From: Candidatus Poribacteria bacterium
GTDB taxonomy: Bacteria; Poribacteria; WGA-4E; WGA-3G
NCBI GenBank assembly: GCA_963665235.2
Contig: CAXXLX010000001.1
Location: 3,936,001-4,000,000, forward strand
Direction of reading: 5' to 3'
Length of the DNA: 64,000 nucleotides
In this document: piece by piece, positions 61,187-64,000 of the stretch
Position numbering within the stretch: the stretch's first letter is position 1
Layout: every line of letters starts with the position of its first letter
The notes under the pieces: model-generated
Seen by the model: only the letters and a program-made list of their open reading frames with translations
The model's database searches: none
What the model was told of the DNA's origin: nothing
Translations under genes and position numbers: made by a program

Positions 61187-62497
61187 TTATCCGGTTTCTG
61201 TCGGAGAAAGGGCAATAGACAATTCAGCTTCAGTTGTAAGTGCGCCATCTACGTAGACCTGTCCGCTGATTCGCGCCAAAGTACTACGCCGCTGAACGAT
61301 TTCAACTTCCAATCGGAGCTGGTCTCCTGGAATGACAGTTTTCCGAAAAGTCGCTTTGTTGATAGAACGAAAATAACCGAGTTGTTCCTTCTTTCCAATT
61401 TCCTGGAGCAACAACCATGCTCCGAGTTGTGCAAGTGCTTCGACCTGGAGCACCCCCGGCATTACAGGTTTTATGGGAAAATGTCCCTCAAACACAGGTT
61501 CATTATACGTCAAGTTTTTAATACCGACAGCCCGTTTACCATTTTCATATTCAATGACCCTATCAAGTAAGCACATCGGGTGCCGATGTGGGAGGATTTT
61601 GTAAATATCTTCAGCCTCAACTGTCTGCTCTACTTGGGATTCCAATGCGGGGGATAGCTGAAGATACCCCTTCTCTTTCAGGGCCCGGACGAATTGTGCG
61701 TGAAATTTATGCCCCGTACGCATAGCAACGACCTGCGCTTTTGGAAGATGCCCGGCGAGGTAAAGGTCACCGATGAGGTCAAGGATTTTATGTCGGACAA
61801 ATTCGTCTTTAAAGCGGGGAGGCGTGCTGGTTTGTCCATCCGCTTTGACGACTACAACGTTCTCGTAGCTCGCACCTTTTCCTATGCCCATCTTTTGTAG
61901 TGCCTCAATTTCGGCTTCAAAACAGAAGCTTCGGGCTGGTGCGATTTCGTTGAGATAGGTTTCTGGTGTTAATTCCCACGTCGAAATTTGCGGGGTGGTG
62001 TTGGGGTGGTCATAGACGAATGTAATTTCAAAATTTGTAGCAGGTAGGAAAATGAGCTGTTTGTTATCCTCACAAAGCGCAAAGGGTTGGGCAAGTTCGA
62101 TAAAGCGGCGCGGTGCGTCCTGCTGCACGATGCCCACGTTCTGGATTTCCGTGGCGTACGGCAGCGCGCTGCCATCAAGTCCGGGGGGCTCCTGTGCGTT
62201 GAGTTCAATTCTTGCATTGTCTATGCCGAGTCCCCCTAATGCGGATAGCAGATGTTCAACGCTGCTAATCGTTGTCCCGTTCTGCTGTAAGCTGGTGCAT
62301 CGCGGTAGTACCTCTATCCAATTCTCTGGACAGACTTTAACCGCCGAGGTATCGGGTTGGTCAGTCCGTTGAAAAACGATGCCGGAGTCTACCGGTGCAG
62401 GTTTGATAGTGAGTACCACCGGTTCTCCCAGCATCAATCCCTTCCCGGAAATTGTAATGTCGCTTTGAATTGTTTGCTGTGAATCAAGCTTTCCCAT
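61187..62497 (-). CDS. lpxC: Bifunctional LpxC deacetylase / FabZ dehydratase
   Basis: VEHLLSAL and RHKILDLIGD (LpxC); LPHRHP and GHFPIKPVMPGVLQVEALAQ (FabZ). Confidence 0.95.
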   Translation of the reverse strand: MGKLDSQQTIQSDITISGKGLMLGEPVVLTIKPAPVDSGIVFQRTDQPDTSAVKVCPENWIEVLPRCTSLQQNGTTISSVEHLLSALGGLGIDNARIELNAQEPPGLDGSALPYATEIQNVGIVQQDAPRRFIELAQPFALCEDNKQLIFLPATNFEITFVYDHPNTTPQISTWELTPETYLNEIAPARSFCFEAEIEALQKMGIGKGASYENVVVVKADGQTSTPPRFKDEFVRHKILDLIGDLYLAGHLPKAQVVAMRTGHKFHAQFVRALKEKGYLQLSPALESQVEQTVEAEDIYKILPHRHPMCLLDRVIEYENGKRAVGIKNLTYNEPVFEGHFPIKPVMPGVLQVEALAQLGAWLLLQEIGKKEQLGYFRSINKATFRKTVIPGDQLRLEVEIVQRRSTLARISGQVYVDGALTTEAELSIALSPTETG

Positions 62498-62563
62498 ATT
62501 TTCCTTTCGTCTGCGTTAGCAGTGTGTACTTCTGTGCCTCTCCGCGCCGTACCTGCTGTTCCG

Positions 62564-63589
62564 TTAGCGGTTTCGCGAGGCCGTTCTTTCGCGTTTAATT
62601 CGACGAATCGTTCGAGTGTGTTCAGCAAGTGTTTTTGAGAAATGGTGTTGTCCATTGTCAATTGCCACGAAATAGAAATAATCAGTTTTTTCGGGTCGAA
62701 TCGCGCCTAAGATAGAGGCCATTCCTGGGTTAGCAATCGGCCCAGGGGGTAAACCTTTATGCTGGTATGTATTGTAAGGCGATTCGACTTTGAGGTCAGC
62801 CCGTGTCAAAAGACGTTTCGGGTTGCCTAAAGCATAGAGCACGGTCGGATCGGCTTGTAGCCGCCAGTTGCGTTTGAGCCGATTGTGAAAGACACTCCCA
62901 ATCCGCACACACTCCGCTTCAGTTCCCGCCTCCTTCTCAATAATAGAAGCGAGCGTTATAAGTTCATGCCGTGTCAGACCGAGGTCACAGGTTTCCTCAT
63001 CCAAGGTTTGGTCCCATCTCTTATCGAATTCAGCAAGCATCATCTCCACAACAGTAGCGGCTGTTGTGCCTTTAGCGAATTTATAGGTATCTGGAAAGAG
63101 GTAACCTTCGAGCGTATCTGCTTGAATGCGGTATCTTTCGAATAGGCTCGGCTCATTCATCGCCTTGCGAAAAGCTTCCGCTGTGCCGAACCCTGCAGCC
63201 TCCCAAAGTTCAGCAACATCAGTTGCTGTAACCCCCTCCGGTACCGTAAACGTCTGTAATTCAATCTGCCCGTTTTGCAGTTCTTGAAGAATATGCGTGA
63301 GCGGCATGTTCCGTCTGAGTTGATAGGTGCCAGCCCGTAGCTTATGACTGACTCCTTGATGCCGGGCAGCCAATTGGAACGCAAGCGGGCTGCGGATTAA
63401 TTTTTTTGTCGCGAGGTGTTTTGCGATTGTGTGCGAACTAGTCCCGGGGGCAATAGTAACAGAGACTATCTCCGCTGACGAATCCGGTGGTGATAGATAG
63501 AAAACCACCGTTAATGCTGCAAAACACCCGACAATTCCGAGCCCGCAGAGTATATAAACTATAGATTGTGCAAGTCGTTTCCAAATCAA
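62564..63589 (-). CDS. mltG: Endolytic transglycosylase MltG
   Basis: Motifs LEGYLFPDTY, LASIIEKE, LQADPTV and SPYNTY...GLPPGPI. Confidence 0.96.
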   Translation of the reverse strand: MIWKRLAQSIVYILCGLGIVGCFAALTVVFYLSPPDSSAEIVSVTIAPGTSSHTIAKHLATKKLIRSPLAFQLAARHQGVSHKLRAGTYQLRRNMPLTHILQELQNGQIELQTFTVPEGVTATDVAELWEAAGFGTAEAFRKAMNEPSLFERYRIQADTLEGYLFPDTYKFAKGTTAATVVEMMLAEFDKRWDQTLDEETCDLGLTRHELITLASIIEKEAGTEAECVRIGSVFHNRLKRNWRLQADPTVLYALGNPKRLLTRADLKVESPYNTYQHKGLPPGPIANPGMASILGAIRPEKTDYFYFVAIDNGQHHFSKTLAEHTRTIRRIKRERTASRNR

Positions 63590-63816
63590 TATTGCCCCCT
63601 TTGGCTATTGGCTTCGCTGGCTTATGGCTGTTGGCTATTGGCAAGAGGAAAAGGGTTTTGACGCGCTTCAAAAAACTGTGCACCTTCACAGCGTCCCTTG
63701 CTAATTGCTATTGGCCATTCGCTAATTGCTATTTTGGCTATTGGCAAGAGGGCTCTGATGCGCGTCAGAGACCTTTTTAGAATCACAACATCTTGCTAAT
63801 TGCTAATTGCCAATTG

Positions 63817-64000
63817 CTAATTGCCAATCGCCATATACTCTTCTAGGATAAGCACCGCAGCAACCTGATCGATAATGTCTTTCTGCTTTTTAGAGTCTTT
63901 GTTGACCTTACGCAAAATGTCTTCCGCCTCCGCCGTCGTGAACCGCTCATCCGCGAATTCAACAGGGATATCCAGCCGCTGTGAAAGCCGAGCACCGAAT
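63817..64000 (-). CDS. ruvX: RuvX/YqgF (5' part outside the window)
   Basis: Reads ...DIPVEFADERFTTAEAE...IDQVAAVLILEEY; lies upstream of mltG. Confidence 0.88.
   Translation of the reverse strand, partial: FGARLSQRLDIPVEFADERFTTAEAEDILRKVNKDSKKQKDIIDQVAAVLILEEYMAIGN

Noticed and set aside
61187-62497. LpxC-FabZ fusion as a novelty
   Set aside because: This fusion is well known in several phyla.

Overview
Bacterial chromosomal window, roughly balanced GC. A Candidatus Poribacteria-like origin is inferred (not verified) from the repeated PhyH dioxygenases, TPR proteins and dense intergenic repeats. Housekeeping genes include comEC, tsaB, tRNA-Ala, bioD, a larA-family gene, minCDE, purC, a kamA-like gene, a split B12 methyltransferase module, sixA, lpxA, lpxC-fabZ, mltG and ruvX. 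Accessory loci are interspersed among them. The main candidate for an undescribed system is at 20.5-25.4 kb: three consecutive toxin-antitoxin-like pairs in which each antitoxin-like module is fused to the C-terminus of a TPR array (TPR-UPF0175 + DUF3368 PIN, twice; TPR with a Phd-like tail + Doc). The two large TPR copies differ mainly in TPRs 3-5. Other accessory elements: tandem mosaic AAA-ATPase/PD-(D/E)XK paralogs, a free-standing restriction-modification specificity fragment, a Type III R-M system, an IS1595-family element, an orphan Rpn C-terminal fragment, and a truncated disA. Two 1.1-1.3 kb non-coding composite elements are bounded by GGGTGTGTAAAGTTTTTG inverted repeats and filled with REP-like palindrome arrays; the same terminus also truncates a PIN toxin gene. 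Three frameshifts fall in short G/C runs and could be sequencing errors. All family assignments come from motif recognition by eye, not database searches.
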